DNA of 63,370 bases, filler included, from Folioceros fuciformis (Eukaryota): assembly GCA_049999805.1 (NCBI GenBank). It is 4 parts of 3 records of this genome, joined end to end, with 100 filler letters (N's around TTAATTAATTAA, not from the genome) between each part and the next. Parts side by side here need not be neighbours in the genome. Positions count along the whole stretch, not along the records: positions 1 to 27,358 come from JBNGIO010006141.1; 3 more parts are not named here. One strand, written 5' to 3'. The notes beneath the pieces are model-generated. The model was not told where the DNA came from, did no database searches, and was given only the letters and a program-made list of their open reading frames with translations. The position numbers and the translations under genes were made by a program. Positions 13,521-25,971 of this stretch are shown piece by piece (the first letter of the stretch is position 1; each line of letters opens with the position of its first letter).

Positions 13521-13657
13521 CTACCCCATTGCCGTAGGTGGGGTGTCTACCGTATAAGTACTCCCTACCTCCGTGGGTATCTTCCATTTTCTCCACGTAG
13601 CTACTCTCTCTACGTATGTAGGTAGAAATCTTACTATGTAGCTGTGGGGTGGAATAT

Positions 13658-15250
13658 TGTACTCGGGGGTACCGCGAGGTCCACACAAGCCCTCTATGTC
13701 GTTATAGCTCTAGGATTCGATCCCAAGGGAATGATTTGTGTCAAACTACACAGATTTTCTCTCAAAGTCAGTAACTACCCAGGGTCAACCTAACCCACTA
13801 GTCACTCGCCTCTTCACGACCTACCTGTCCCAGTCACCACATGATTCATCTATCACTCTTGCCTCCTTGACCTCCCTAGCCCTAGCCTACCTTTCAGCCG
13901 ACCCGGCTACTCTGTCACCCCTACGGCTACTCCTACACTCGGCTACTTCCGTTTCCTTCCGGGGCAACGGTCTCCCGTCCCACTACCTCAGTGGGGCCCA
14001 CTTTCTCTCTCCCCTCTCTCTATTTCTCTAGTTCACTCTCTCCCTCTCTTTACCCGCCTCGGCTTACTTTTCTGTCTTCTACCTTCTGTCCGACACACCT
14101 TTTCTTCCCTCTTTTTACACCAACCACTTACCCTTCGATCGTGCCACCTTCGAGCTTACAGTCTTCCGTCTCTGCTCACCAATTCACCACTCCGTCTCGA
14201 TCGCGCCAGCGCTCACCCCACACACACACGCCGCGGTGCCCGCTCATAGCATTTCTCATCAGTTTCTTCCCGTCCCACTACATCCTATAATGTTCAACGG
14301 CATTCAAGGACACGAGCATACACCCACGCGCACACACACAGTCATGGTTTCAATTTCCGGACCAATCTCCACAGCCCCAATTTTTCTATCACCACCTACT
14401 CATCGGTCCGGCCACACAACTACAACGCGACCCCTCCTCCACTTGGCTTCACACTACCCCGCTCAATTCTCACCTGCGCACGCACACGCGCACATCGCCT
14501 CTTTTGCTCACTATGGGTGAAAATATGGTACCTGGGGGTATCGTGAGGTCCACACAAACCCTCTATGTCGTTATAGCATTGGGATTCGATCCCAAGGGAA
14601 TGATTTGAGTTAAACTACACAGATTTTCTCTCAAAGTCAGTTATTACCTAAGGGCAACCTAGCGCACCAGTCTCGCCGCTCCTTCACAACCCAGCTACCC
14701 TAGTCACAACTAGATTCATCTAACCCCCCCCTCGCCTCCTTGATCTTCCTAGCCTTGGCCTACCTCACAGCCGACCCGGCTACTCTGTCGCCCCTACAGC
14801 TATTCCTACGCTCGGCTACTTCCGTTCCCTCCCGGGCTACGGTCACCCGTCCGGCTACCTGAGTGGGGCCCACGTTCTCTTTCCCCTCTCTCTCTATAAC
14901 TCAATTTCTCTCTCTCTCTCTAGTTTACCTTCCCTGACTTACCTTTCCATCCGATGCCTTCCAACCGACACACCTTCTCTCTCCTCTTTTTACGCTAGCC
15001 ACTTACCTTCTAGTTTACAGCCTCCCGTCCCCACTCAACAAAATTCACCACTCTATCGCGAACCCGTACGCGCTCACCTCACATACACACACACACCGTA
15101 GTACCCGCTCACAACATTTCTCATCGATTTCTTCAGACACACTACTCTCTTCCATGCTCAGAGATATTCAAAGTTACAGGCATACTCGCATATACACACA
15201 CACATACACACACGTCGCCCCTTTCACCCACATTCGTTTCTCAATCTTGT
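13658..15250 (+). repeat. two diverged tandem copies (offset 869 bp) of an LTR-like unit
   Basis: GGGGGTAYCGYGAGGTCCACACAA.CCCTCTATGTCGTTATAGC...AACTACACAGATTTTCTCTCAAAGTCAG at ~13665 and ~14534; similarity continues for about 700 bp; each copy is preceded by a purine-rich GGGTGRAA(A)TAT. Confidence 0.75.
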
Positions 15251-18200
15251 CCTCGCAGCCTCTCGTTCACGATTCAGTCTTCCCTCCAATCATGCATTTC
15301 TCCCTTCAATCTTGGTTCCTCCTCGTTCGTCTATAATGACCTCCCACTCACGCCTCCCTGCACTCGACACCACCTGTTCACCTCCTCGTCTCATTCAGTA
15401 CCTAGTATTTCGTGGCTCACTTGTTCTCGATTCAGGCTCTCGTCGCCAGCCCCCATGCCACACCCAATCTTCTCTCACCGCCGCTCGTTTCCTTCACTCG
15501 CTATTCGCGCCCATTCACGTAGTCTGTAACACACGCTTCACCCTCCCAACTCGCCCCTCTGGGGCCTCCTTCTTTATCTGAAACTGTAAGAGGTGATAGG
15601 TCACCAAAAGCTAAGGGAAGGGGGTTTCCCACTTCCACTCCGAGCCGCGGATTCGGCTCCTAATGTGCACACCACCCTACGCAACCACCACAGGGATAGC
15701 TGGGGAGCTCGTCGAGGTCTCTCCTCCCGATTCGTACCTAGGCCAAGTCGCAAAGCGTCCACCACTTGCACCCACGCCCTCGGAACGCTACGTGCGCTCG
15801 CTTGCCTGGACCTCTTGTCCGGCAACGGCCATCGCTAGGCTTGCGCAAGGTTGGATGGTTGGGCTGATTTTTGCTAATTTCTTGAGACCCCAAGCCGGTC
15901 TCTTGTACACAGTAGTGGCGGTCTCTCCGCCATAAAGTCTGTCAAGAGTCAGTCGACGCTCTTAAATACTGAGCGGCTTAGGTCCAAGCAAAAAGCAATC
16001 TACAAAAAACTATTCTAGACTACAATTACTATCGCCTCTCTCCACGCCACTGGCGCCTCCCTCCTGGTCGTCGTGCTCGTCCCTAGTAGAATAAATTCTT
16101 GTTCTCACTTATGGTCGTTTTTAGTCTAGATCGAAGAGTCACACCTCTTCGTAATTAAGACTATAAAAGCTATGTCACTCAACCCTATTAATTAATCTTT
16201 TCACAGTCATCGATCCTGACCTTCCTCGTATGGTATCAAAGCTTCGTGGCTCACACTGCCAGATGTATGCTACTCGTATGCTTCTCCACACCTGAAGAAT
16301 GTTGGATTGATTTTTGGAAGGAGACAATTATGAAGAGTTTTCTTATCCTCGATGGAGTATCGGGTGAAGACTTGATTTTTTTTTTGCGCACCCAGTGGAT
16401 ATGGCAATGGGCATGCAAGATCAATTTTAAGAAGCAAACATTGCTTCTGGACCTTACGAACAGGTCCAGACTACGAAATCTGAAGCGAAAAAGGCAGCCC
16501 ATTCAAGCATACGGTCTACTTAAGACCTTAGAATCGCACGATGAGTTGAAGAAGGCAACAAGCATGTTTTCAGCATGCCAGATCATAGACGCTCCAGATC
16601 ATCAGAGGTGCTACAGCAAATTCAACCCTGCGATCGTGCAAGGTGCCAAGCTCCAAGCAGCCTTCGTACTCAACTAGGCAATCTGATAAGTTAGAATGAA
16701 TATGGAAAGGAAGGACAAGAATGTGTTATTCTCCTACCCAATTTGATCGAAAACGCCACTCAGAAGCTAGAAGAAATGAGCGCCCAAGATGGTAGATCTA
16801 TGGGATTCGAGCCCACCTTGTCAGCGGAGAAATCAAAATCCAAGAGATCCGAATCGTCGCGAGCATAGACACAGGAGACAGCGGTCACTACCAACTGACC
16901 CGGTCCCCGAACAGTTACTGGAAAACCTTTTTGAGGTCACTGCTTCGGGTTCCGAGTCAGATGACACGGTAACTAACCACCACCAACCGCTATTGGGTTC
17001 ATCTCCTAGCTCAAGTCTGCCTAGATCGCCTGAAAGGGAACGACAAATTGTGATAGTCTCACACAATTTCATGCAGCAACAAGTTCAAAGACCGGCCGCT
17101 ATGGCAAATCTGCCTCCTCCGCCTACTCCAGTGAACAACTATACAATCAATAACTTCAAATATGATTTTAGGGATAGAGACAGATTCAATGGTACTCACT
17201 TCGAAGTATGGCAACAGCGCGTGACAAGCATCCTCCAAGAGATAGATGTCTGGGATGTGGTTGACGGAACCTCTCCACCTCCTGCCGCCGGTGCTACGGC
17301 AGATGTAGTCACTGTCTGGAAGGCAAAAGACCTCAAGGCACGAAACCTTATTCAGTCAGCGCTAGACATGAGCATGATGTCTCATGCTCGTGAGGCAGTG
17401 AATTCCAAGGCAATATGGGATAGTCTCTACCAACTCCACCAAAGGAAGAATGTCTCCTCCCTCATACACGCCATGCGCGAATTCTTCAACTATCAGATGA
17501 AGGATAACGAAACCGTAGAGAGCCATGTGACCAGATTTCGCGTGTTACGAGCCAACCTCGTAACAGCTGGAACCACAGTCACTGAAATCTAGGCATGCGT
17601 GGCATTTCTAATGTCACTACCAGAAAAATTTAGAGCATTTGTCAGTACTCAAAATCAAGAGATCACCGACGTTGCACAGCCTGGACACGCAGCAGCACCA
17701 GCCATAACCCTATCGGGAATTATAGGCTCACTGTTGGCTGATGAAGTAGCCCATCACACGTCACCTGGGGGCTACTCAAACTCTGCAAGAGCGCTCTACA
17801 CCTCGAATTATGTTCGTGGGAGACCATCTCGAGGCCGAGGTCGGTCACAAAATAGCCGACGTTCTTCAAACTTTCAAGGCCGTCTAGATTCAAACAGCCC
17901 TCCCTCGTTCAACTCGAGTGGACTCACTCAGAAAGAAGGGACCATGCAACTAGTGTGGTATCCCCGGACATTATGAATCTGAATGCAGAAAGAAAGCTGC
18001 CGGTGACCCCCGACGCGAAGCACATTTAGCTTCCTCATCGATGCCTCCAAACCAATCAAACCAGACTAAACGAGCCCTTGGAGCTCTGCTCACAGTGTGC
18101 CTTACAGCCACATCCAAGGATCAATATACATGGTACTTGGACTTTGGAGCTACACACCATGTGTGTAATGATAAAACTTGGTTTGTTGACTACAAACCTG

Positions 18201-21094
18201 CACCACAAAAACAATTCATTTTGTTAGGTGACAACAGCGGTCTAATCATAGAGGGCACAGGCACAGTGCTTCTCGTTTCTATGACTAAGCATCAAACTCT
18301 AGCAATTAAAGAAGTACTTTACGTACCTCAGATGGCCAAAAATTTGGTATCACTTCAGATGGTTACTAAACAGCATCATCTCAGCTCGAGTGTGATGCTC
18401 ACGGCTGTACACTCAGAGATTCCAACACCTCAGACCAGGTTATTGTTGGCCGCGTTCACAATGGTTTGTATAAGCTTGAGGCAACCAAACCAAAAGTTAC
18501 TAAGTATGCAACTCTTGTTCATGTTGATACGTCCACAGTTGCATTGGACATGAACCTGTGGCATTGTAGGTTAGGACACCTAAACCATCAAGTCCTACAA
18601 TCTCTACCTACTACTAACCTTTTTAGAACTCCTCTGAAGTTCAAAACAGGCAAATCACTGTTCCGTCAGTCGTGCATTTATGGTAAGCTTCATAAAGCTC
18701 CACATACATCCTTGCACTCAACCCATGCTACAGAACGTCTTGAAGTAGTACACACAGACATCTGTGGACCAATGTCCACTCCATCACTCGGTCGAGCTAC
18801 CTACTTCCTCTCATTCATAGATGACTGGAGTAGATACTGTGTACTCTACTTTCTGCACAGCAAAAGTCAAGCCCTAGCGAGCTTCAAAGACTATCTACAA
18901 ACTTCACAAAGGTTCACGGGCCAACAGCTTAAAACATTGCGAAGCGACAATGCTGGTGAACTTACCTCCAAGGAGTTCCAAGCCTTCTGCTCACAGGAGG
19001 GAATTATACGCCAGTTGACAGTGCCGTACGAACATGAGCAGAACCCTATAGCAAAAAATATGAACCGAACTCTCCAGCAAAATGCAAAAGCTATGCTGCA
19101 TCTGGTTGACCTTAGCAGATCCTACTGGGCTGAAGCTGTATCTACCGGTGCTTACATACTAAACAAACTACCAACCAAATCCTTTCAAGGCTCTACACCC
19201 TATGAAAGATGGACCGGATACAAGCCTAGACTTGATCATCTCCGAATATTTGGAGCTCCGGCTTATGCACTAGTTCCTAAGGAATTGCGACTGAAAATGG
19301 ACTATCAGGCAACTAAACATCTCTTCATCGGGTATACTCCAGGGGTCAAGGGGTATAAATTGTATAATCCCTTAACCCGTGAATTTAAACATGCACGTAA
19401 TGTAGTAATTGATGAGGATTACCTGCTAACCAAGGCCACAGCTAGAAGAGATGTACCACACCTAGACAGACACAAAACAAAGTTAGCTACACAAGAATTT
19501 GATAGCTATGAAGTTACAAGTAATCTAAGCTCACCACAGCAGCAAGGGACGGCTAGTACTCCAGTTGTGCCGTTACTCAGTGGCCAGATTCCTGTCAGAT
19601 CCATACCAACGTCAATATATCCTGAAGATGCCAATGAATATGCAGGGAACTTAGAAGATGATGATAGCAGAGATAGTCATCTATCAACTGAACTTGAATC
19701 AGAACAGTTCGAGAATATTATACATCGTCGAATACGGACAATCAAGAGGAACGTGGACAAGTACCAAGAACGTCCTCAAGAATCCATACAAAATCACTAG
19801 GAGAGTGGAATGAACCACCTGTGGGTTGGGTAACCAACATAATCTCAAAAAATCATCCAACCATGACAGGAACTGATACTCAAAGTAACCAGTGGACGTA
19901 TCTGGCTTTGGCACTAACAGCAGCTCAGAGTCTCGAAGAACCTGCAACCCTCACAAAAGCTATGACTTCTCTCGAGCGTGAACAATGGGAAGCTGCAATA
20001 ATATCTGAATACACATCCCTAGTTGAAAATCAAACATGGGACTTGGTAGATCTGCCACTTGGCCGCAAGGCACTTACAGGTAAGTGGGTCTTCAAGCTGA
20101 AACTCAACCCTGATGGGTCTGTAGCTAGATATAAGGCCAGGTACGTTTCCCATAGCTACAAGCAAATTGAAGGACTGGACTATAACGAAACCTTCAGTCT
20201 TGTGGTCAGATCGTCATCAATACGTATGCTCCTAGCCATGGCAGCACATAGAAAATACTTGGTACATCAAATGGACGTAAAAACAACATTTCTACATGGT
20301 GTAACCGAAGGAGAGATCTATATAACTCAGCCTGAAGGCTTCGTGGACATAAATCAACCTAAAAAGGTATGCCGACTGCGGAAGTGCCTGTATGGGCTTA
20401 AACAAGCATCGAGACGATGGTATCAAAGGATCCATGATTACCTCTTGAAATGTGGATTCGCACAGTTTGAGGCCGGCACCAATGTGTATGTGCTGGTAGA
20501 AGGGTCTGAACATTCCATACTAGCTTTGTATGTGGACGACACCATCCTGTTTTGTCAAACAGAAAAGTCATTAGTAAAAATCAAAGACATGCTTAGAGCT
20601 GAATTTGACATGACTGATTTGGGTCTACTTACCTTCTTCTTGGGTATACAGATCCATATAGACCTCACAACCGGCATCATATTCTTGCACCAAACACATT
20701 ATGTGGTCAGAATGTTAGAGAAATTTGTCATGACAAACTGCAAAGCATATGGGACACCAGTGGCAGTGGGGGAAAAATTCACCTCTGCCATGTGCCCAGC
20801 TAGTGAGGACGAGAAAACTGAGATGAGCAAGAAACCTTACAGTATGGCAGTAGGATGCCTCATATGGCTGAGTGGGTGGACAAGACCAGATCTTGCTCTT
20901 GCTGCAAGGGTATTCTCCAAGTATTTGTCAAATCCAAGATTACGACACTGGCATGGACTTCAAAGAACCTTGAGATATTTGAAAGGAACAGCAACATTGG
21001 GCCTCATGTATGAAAGAACAAATAACCCCCTCACACTTATTTGCTATACGGATTCGGACTGGGCAGCAGATGAAGACTCAAGAAGATCGGTAAC

Positions 21095-24000
21095 TGTGGA
21101 CTCCACATGCTGAACAGACCCCTGACCACATGCTGAAATGATAGGTTTTCTTTTTTTTGGATTTGTGAGTGAGTGTTGTAGAGGAAAGGTTGGGAGATTA
21201 GGTTAGAATAGTAGCTAGATTGATGGTGAGTCGATAGGGTAGGTAGGTTGTGTGGTAGATAGGACGTGGGCTCTGGTCCCTGGGCCAAGGGTAAGTAGGC
21301 TAGAGGGTAGCCGGATGAGGAATGGGCCGGCTGTTTGGCTAGCCACACTGGTCGGCTGACTTGACCTGGGTGAGACCGGGCAGTGGCGGCTGAGGCAGAA
21401 GGTATAGGAGGCCGATCGGCTGATCTAGCTAGGCTAGTTGGTGGACAATAGACCAGGCTAGAGCTCAGAACAGGCCGGGGAGGCTGGGGGCCTGGCTAGC
21501 TGGTCGGGTTTGGACCAGCAGCCCAACGACTAGGAGCGGCCGGGCTGGCCGGAGCTGGATGACTTGGGAGTCCACAAAGGCATAGCAACCAAGCTAAGTC
21601 CGGGCAAAAGACAGAAGAAAGGTGACGGGCCGCTGAGGGGTCTCGACAACCGTGAGCCTGGGACGGATGCATGCGGGCTGGGTAGAATCCAGGTGGAGGG
21701 CCAGCACACTGAGCCGCTAGCAGCCAGGCACCCTGGAAGGACAGCTGATCGGGCGGCTTAGCTGGTCACAGTTGGGAGCAGAGCAGCAAGGTCGAAGCCA
21801 GAAGCAGGCCAGGCCAGAGGCAGCACCAAAGCCTGGCCGGCATGGATGAGGTTGGTTGCAGGACCGATGCGTCAGGATCAACTCCGGGGCTGTGGCGGTC
21901 CAGAATCAGGATGCAAGGCAGGCCAGCTTGCAGGCACCTCGACCGATCAGCAGCAGGTCGGCGGGGCCAGCAAGCTGGCTGGAGTCCAGGTAGGCGATCC
22001 GGCACCAGATTAGGTGGGCCACGAGGGTCTAGCAGTTTGGTTGGTTGGATGGGCTATGGCTAGCTAGCAGTCTGGCTGCCCTATGACCGAAGTGGTACAA
22101 GGGGTCGACCGGGCTGCAGGTAGGCATCAGGCAGCCAACGTGCCGGCTGATGATAGGTGACCCTGTAGGTAGACAGCCGCCCAGGATTTTGCCTCCACAA
22201 TGGGGCTGCCCCGACTGGATGTAACTAGAGGCAGGCAGCGCAAGTTCAGCCCGCATGCATGCAGAGCCAGCCAGCTGGGCACGGATGCAGACGGGCAACT
22301 GGGCCAGCAGCGGCTCAGCTGCCAGCGGCTGGTCAAGGTGGATCCTGCAAGCCAGTCGGCAAGTTGGATGTATCGGGTGCCTTGCTGGGTCAGGGCTGGT
22401 GGTGATGCGACATCCGGATCTGGGGGCGGCGCCAGAGCCAAGGCACGGTGTCCAGCCGGGGATAGTTGGCTGTTGGTAGATCTGAAGGCTAGGCCGACTG
22501 CGGACTGGCTGGCAGATCCTGGGGCTGGGCAGCCAAGTGGTGGGCAATTCGGCACCTAGGCTGACTCGTGGGCCAGCTGCATGCAGGCAGGCACCTCGCC
22601 GGATTGCCAAGGTCGGTGGCAGGGTCCGGCCGGGCTGGGTCAAAGCGGGTTGGTGTAGCCAGTTCGGCCTAGTTGCTGCCTGCCGATTGATGGCCGGGGG
22701 GGATCCAGGCTGACTAGGTGGGCTGTGACCAGTCGGCAGAACAGGTAGGCCGAGCAGGCGGGTGGCCTGAGCGACTCGAGACCGGAGCTGGATCTGCAGT
22801 GGTAGCAGGCCGAGGTACCGTCGGGCTGGTCACAGCTGGGGAGCAGCCGTCGAGGTAGGCGGCTTGGCTAGAGGTGGCCGGACAGGGAAGTCCGGTAGTT
22901 GAGAAGCCTGGTGGCGTTCGGTGGGCTGGGTGGAGATCTGGACTGGGAAGATGGGCAGCTGGGCGGGTCGAATGGCGGCTGGCCGAGCCAGATCTAGCTA
23001 AGCCGGTTGGTAGGCAGGCTGTGTTGGGAGTGAAGCGCCCGGCTACAGGAGCCAGGCGGCCAAGCAGGCGGGCTGCCTTGCTGGATCGGGAAGCTAAGGG
23101 TCTCGGGCCAGTCGACCGGGGCAGGTGCTCGGTGATTGAGGATGCCCCGGCGGCCGTGGCCACAGGTAGAGGGCCAGCAGACCTGGGCCACTAGCGGCCA
23201 AGCATCCCGGAGGTGTGTCGGTTGATCGATCCAGGAGGCCGGCTGGTTGGCTAGCCAAGCGGGCCGGTGACGAACGGACTCGGCCGACAACGCCAGGCAG
23301 GCGGGTTGATTAGGCTAGAGGCAGGCAGCCAGTAGCACACGCGGATGGTGACCAGGTCCAGGTGGCCTAGCAGGCGGCCTGATCGTGCTGTGTGGTCCGG
23401 GTGGGCAGTGTGGCAAGGGATCTAAGCGGGCAGGCGAATTGAAGCAGGGACCATCCGACAAGTGACCCAGCATTAGCAGCGCAGGCAGCATGGTCGGCTG
23501 CGGGCAGATTGGTGGCTGATCGACTGGCGAGCCGGATCTAGCCATCCATCTAGTCAGCGGCCTAGCCAGAAGCCTGATAGGGGGCGGGTTGCGGAGCAGA
23601 AGGAGGAGGGCGGCTGGCCTGACGCGGCCATGCTGCCCTTGCGCCTTCACATTGCAAAAGACAACTCTCATGTTGATAGGGACAGGCAGGTTGCAGGCAG
23701 CTGCCTCGAGGGGGCTGGGGCTAGAGATTTCCACGTTGCTCTGCCTGTGGAATCAGATAGTGAGAGGAACCATAGGGTTTTGGATGTCGGTGCGTATTCC
23801 CCTTGAGTGGGTTGGTTGTGGCCAGCCCTTTGTTCAGGCAATCACAGGTGCTGAGGGACATATGGGAGCCGCTTGGTTGTGTTGGTGGGAGAAACCCCAA
23901 CCTGAAGGACTGGGCCAATAGGGGACACGGTGCAGGTTCTGGGTTACTCCATGAGGGTGGTTCCTTGCAGTGATGGTATTGGTACAGTTGGTTTTTAGGG

Positions 24001-25971
24001 GCCCATAATTGGAAAGAATGGGGATGGGGAGGCTGTCCCTGCAGGCATGCGTATGTGTTCTGACGTCAATGCTGAGCCTTTTTAGCGGCGGTCTGCAAAG
24101 GCTCGGAGATGTCATTGGAACAATCTAGGAAATGCACCAATAATTGCTCGTGGGATCAAGAGCATAGCAAAGTCGGGTCTCGGCTCGAGTCTAGCGTTGA
24201 GCAAGGAGGGTACGATGGCCTGGACAAGGGTCGGGAGCGAGAGCTGCCAGGAGAACGAAACTAAGGATACCACCCCATCCAGATATATGACATAAGTGGC
24301 ATTCGAGTTTCCCTCCGCTAACAGGTCGCTTGTAGGTGGAAGGTCTAGCACAGATGTGTTGCTAGTGGGTGGGAAGCCCAGTGATGGTTATGTTGGCAGG
24401 AATGGTGGGTTGTCACTTCCAGTGCCAAGCTTACGAAGTGCTCATTCAAGGGCACTAGGTGGGTAACTTTGCCGGGACATGGCTAGCAGAGTGGGGAAGG
24501 GACTTGAAGATGGAGGTCTCTGAAGGGTGCAGGACGATCTGAGGGGAAGAAATGATTTGACCCGAGAGAGGCGGGGAGGGTGTTGAGAAGCACTCCGGAT
24601 TTGTGGTAGTTGTGAGGGTTGATGAGTTTGGGGCAAAGGGCAGCTAACGGTGTCAAGGGGCAAGTAGAAGTAGGGGTAGGTTAGAGTTAGGGTTCTTGGT
24701 TGGGGTTAGGTCTAGGTCAGACCTAGGATAGATTTAGGTCAGACCTAGGATAGGTCTAGGTCATGCCTAGGATAGGTCTAGGTCAGACCTAAGCTAAGTC
24801 TAGGTCAGGCCTAGGTTAGGTTTAGGTCAGACCTAGGCTAAGTCTAGGTCAGGCCTAGGTTAGGTTTAGGTCAGACCTAGGTTAGGTCTAGGCAGGCCTA
24901 GATTAGGGTTAGGTCTAGGTCAAACCTAGGTTAGGTTTAGGTCAGACCTAGGTTAGGTCTAGGCAGGCCTAGATTGGGGTTAGGTCTAGGTCAGACGTAG
25001 GTTAGGTTTAGGTCAGACCTAGGTTAGGTCTAGGCAGGCCTAGATTAGGGTTAGGTCTAGGTCAGACCTAGGTTAGGTCTAGCCAGGCCTAGATTAGGGT
25101 TAGGTCTAGGTCAGACCTAGGTTAGGTCTAGGCCAGAACCAGATGTAGGATGGTGTAGGTTAGAGAGAGAGATGGTTAGGTAGTTGACTCAGGTTAACCC
25201 TAGTAGACAGAGATGAGGGCTACGCAGTATAAGAGGGGAGACTTGCCATTGAGAGAGGCGGGGTCTACGGTGTGATGTCCCCGGACATTGTGTGCAGAAC
25301 TCCTGGCTTAGGGTGCTGAGCCGGTTGAGATCAAACCAAGGTCCTAATTTCCCTTGCCAATAGGGGAACGTGGAGATCCCAAGACTGTCAAGATCCGTGT
25401 GACCGGATCCGCAAGGGCTGCATGATTCGCAGGTTGGTTGAAGTGAAGAAACAGGACCGTGAGCTGGTGGGCTATCCTGTCCTAGTATCCACACTATGCT
25501 TGAAGGCTGCAGGGAGTGAAGCCATTGTGTCCCAATTTCCAGGGGGCAGTTGAAGAAAAGAGAGGACGAGTTGGGGTGAAATGCATAGAAGTGAAGAGTG
25601 AGTTGCTAAAGTGCAGGATTGCGTGTTGAAGTGAAGGGTGGAGGACTGAAGTGAAGAGGAAGGGACTGAAGTGAGAGAATCTTGAAGAGCTGAGGTGAAG
25701 GAGAAAGGACTGAAGTGGGAATCATGAAGGGCTGAAGGACTGAAGAACAAGAGTGCGAGATGTGTGAGCTGTCTTGGGGGATAGGCTAGGCTTCTAGCCT
25801 TTTTGTTGTGAGTGTATGGTCAGGCCTATAGACCGGCTGATAGGTAGAAGTGTGATAGGTAGCGTTCCTTGGCACTAGTTCATTCCCTTGGGAGCGAACC
25901 ACAAGACTACAATGACAAGAAGGGGATGTGTGGCCCTTGGGTGGTTCTTGGGTGCAGGAAATCACTCCACA
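21095..25971. mobile_element. 4877-bp non-coding insertion, probable giant solo LTR
   Basis: Termini TGTGGA...TCCACA with a perfect 5-bp TSD GTAAC (21090-21094 and 25972-25976); removing it restores the host frame RRSVT-ANCSLLAG; no recognisable protein domains. Confidence 0.85.
24705..25135. repeat. telomere-like satellite (~22-bp unit AGGTCTAGGTCAGACCTAGGTT and variants)
   Basis: Continuous array of TTAGG/CTAGG/TTTAGG/TTAGGG subunits. Confidence 0.9.

Noticed and set aside
13063..13686. 207-aa repetitive ORF
   Set aside because: Translation of a tandem array within transposon sequence
21564..24115. Many overlapping ORFs on both strands
   Set aside because: By-product of very high GC content inside the solo LTR; no domains recognised
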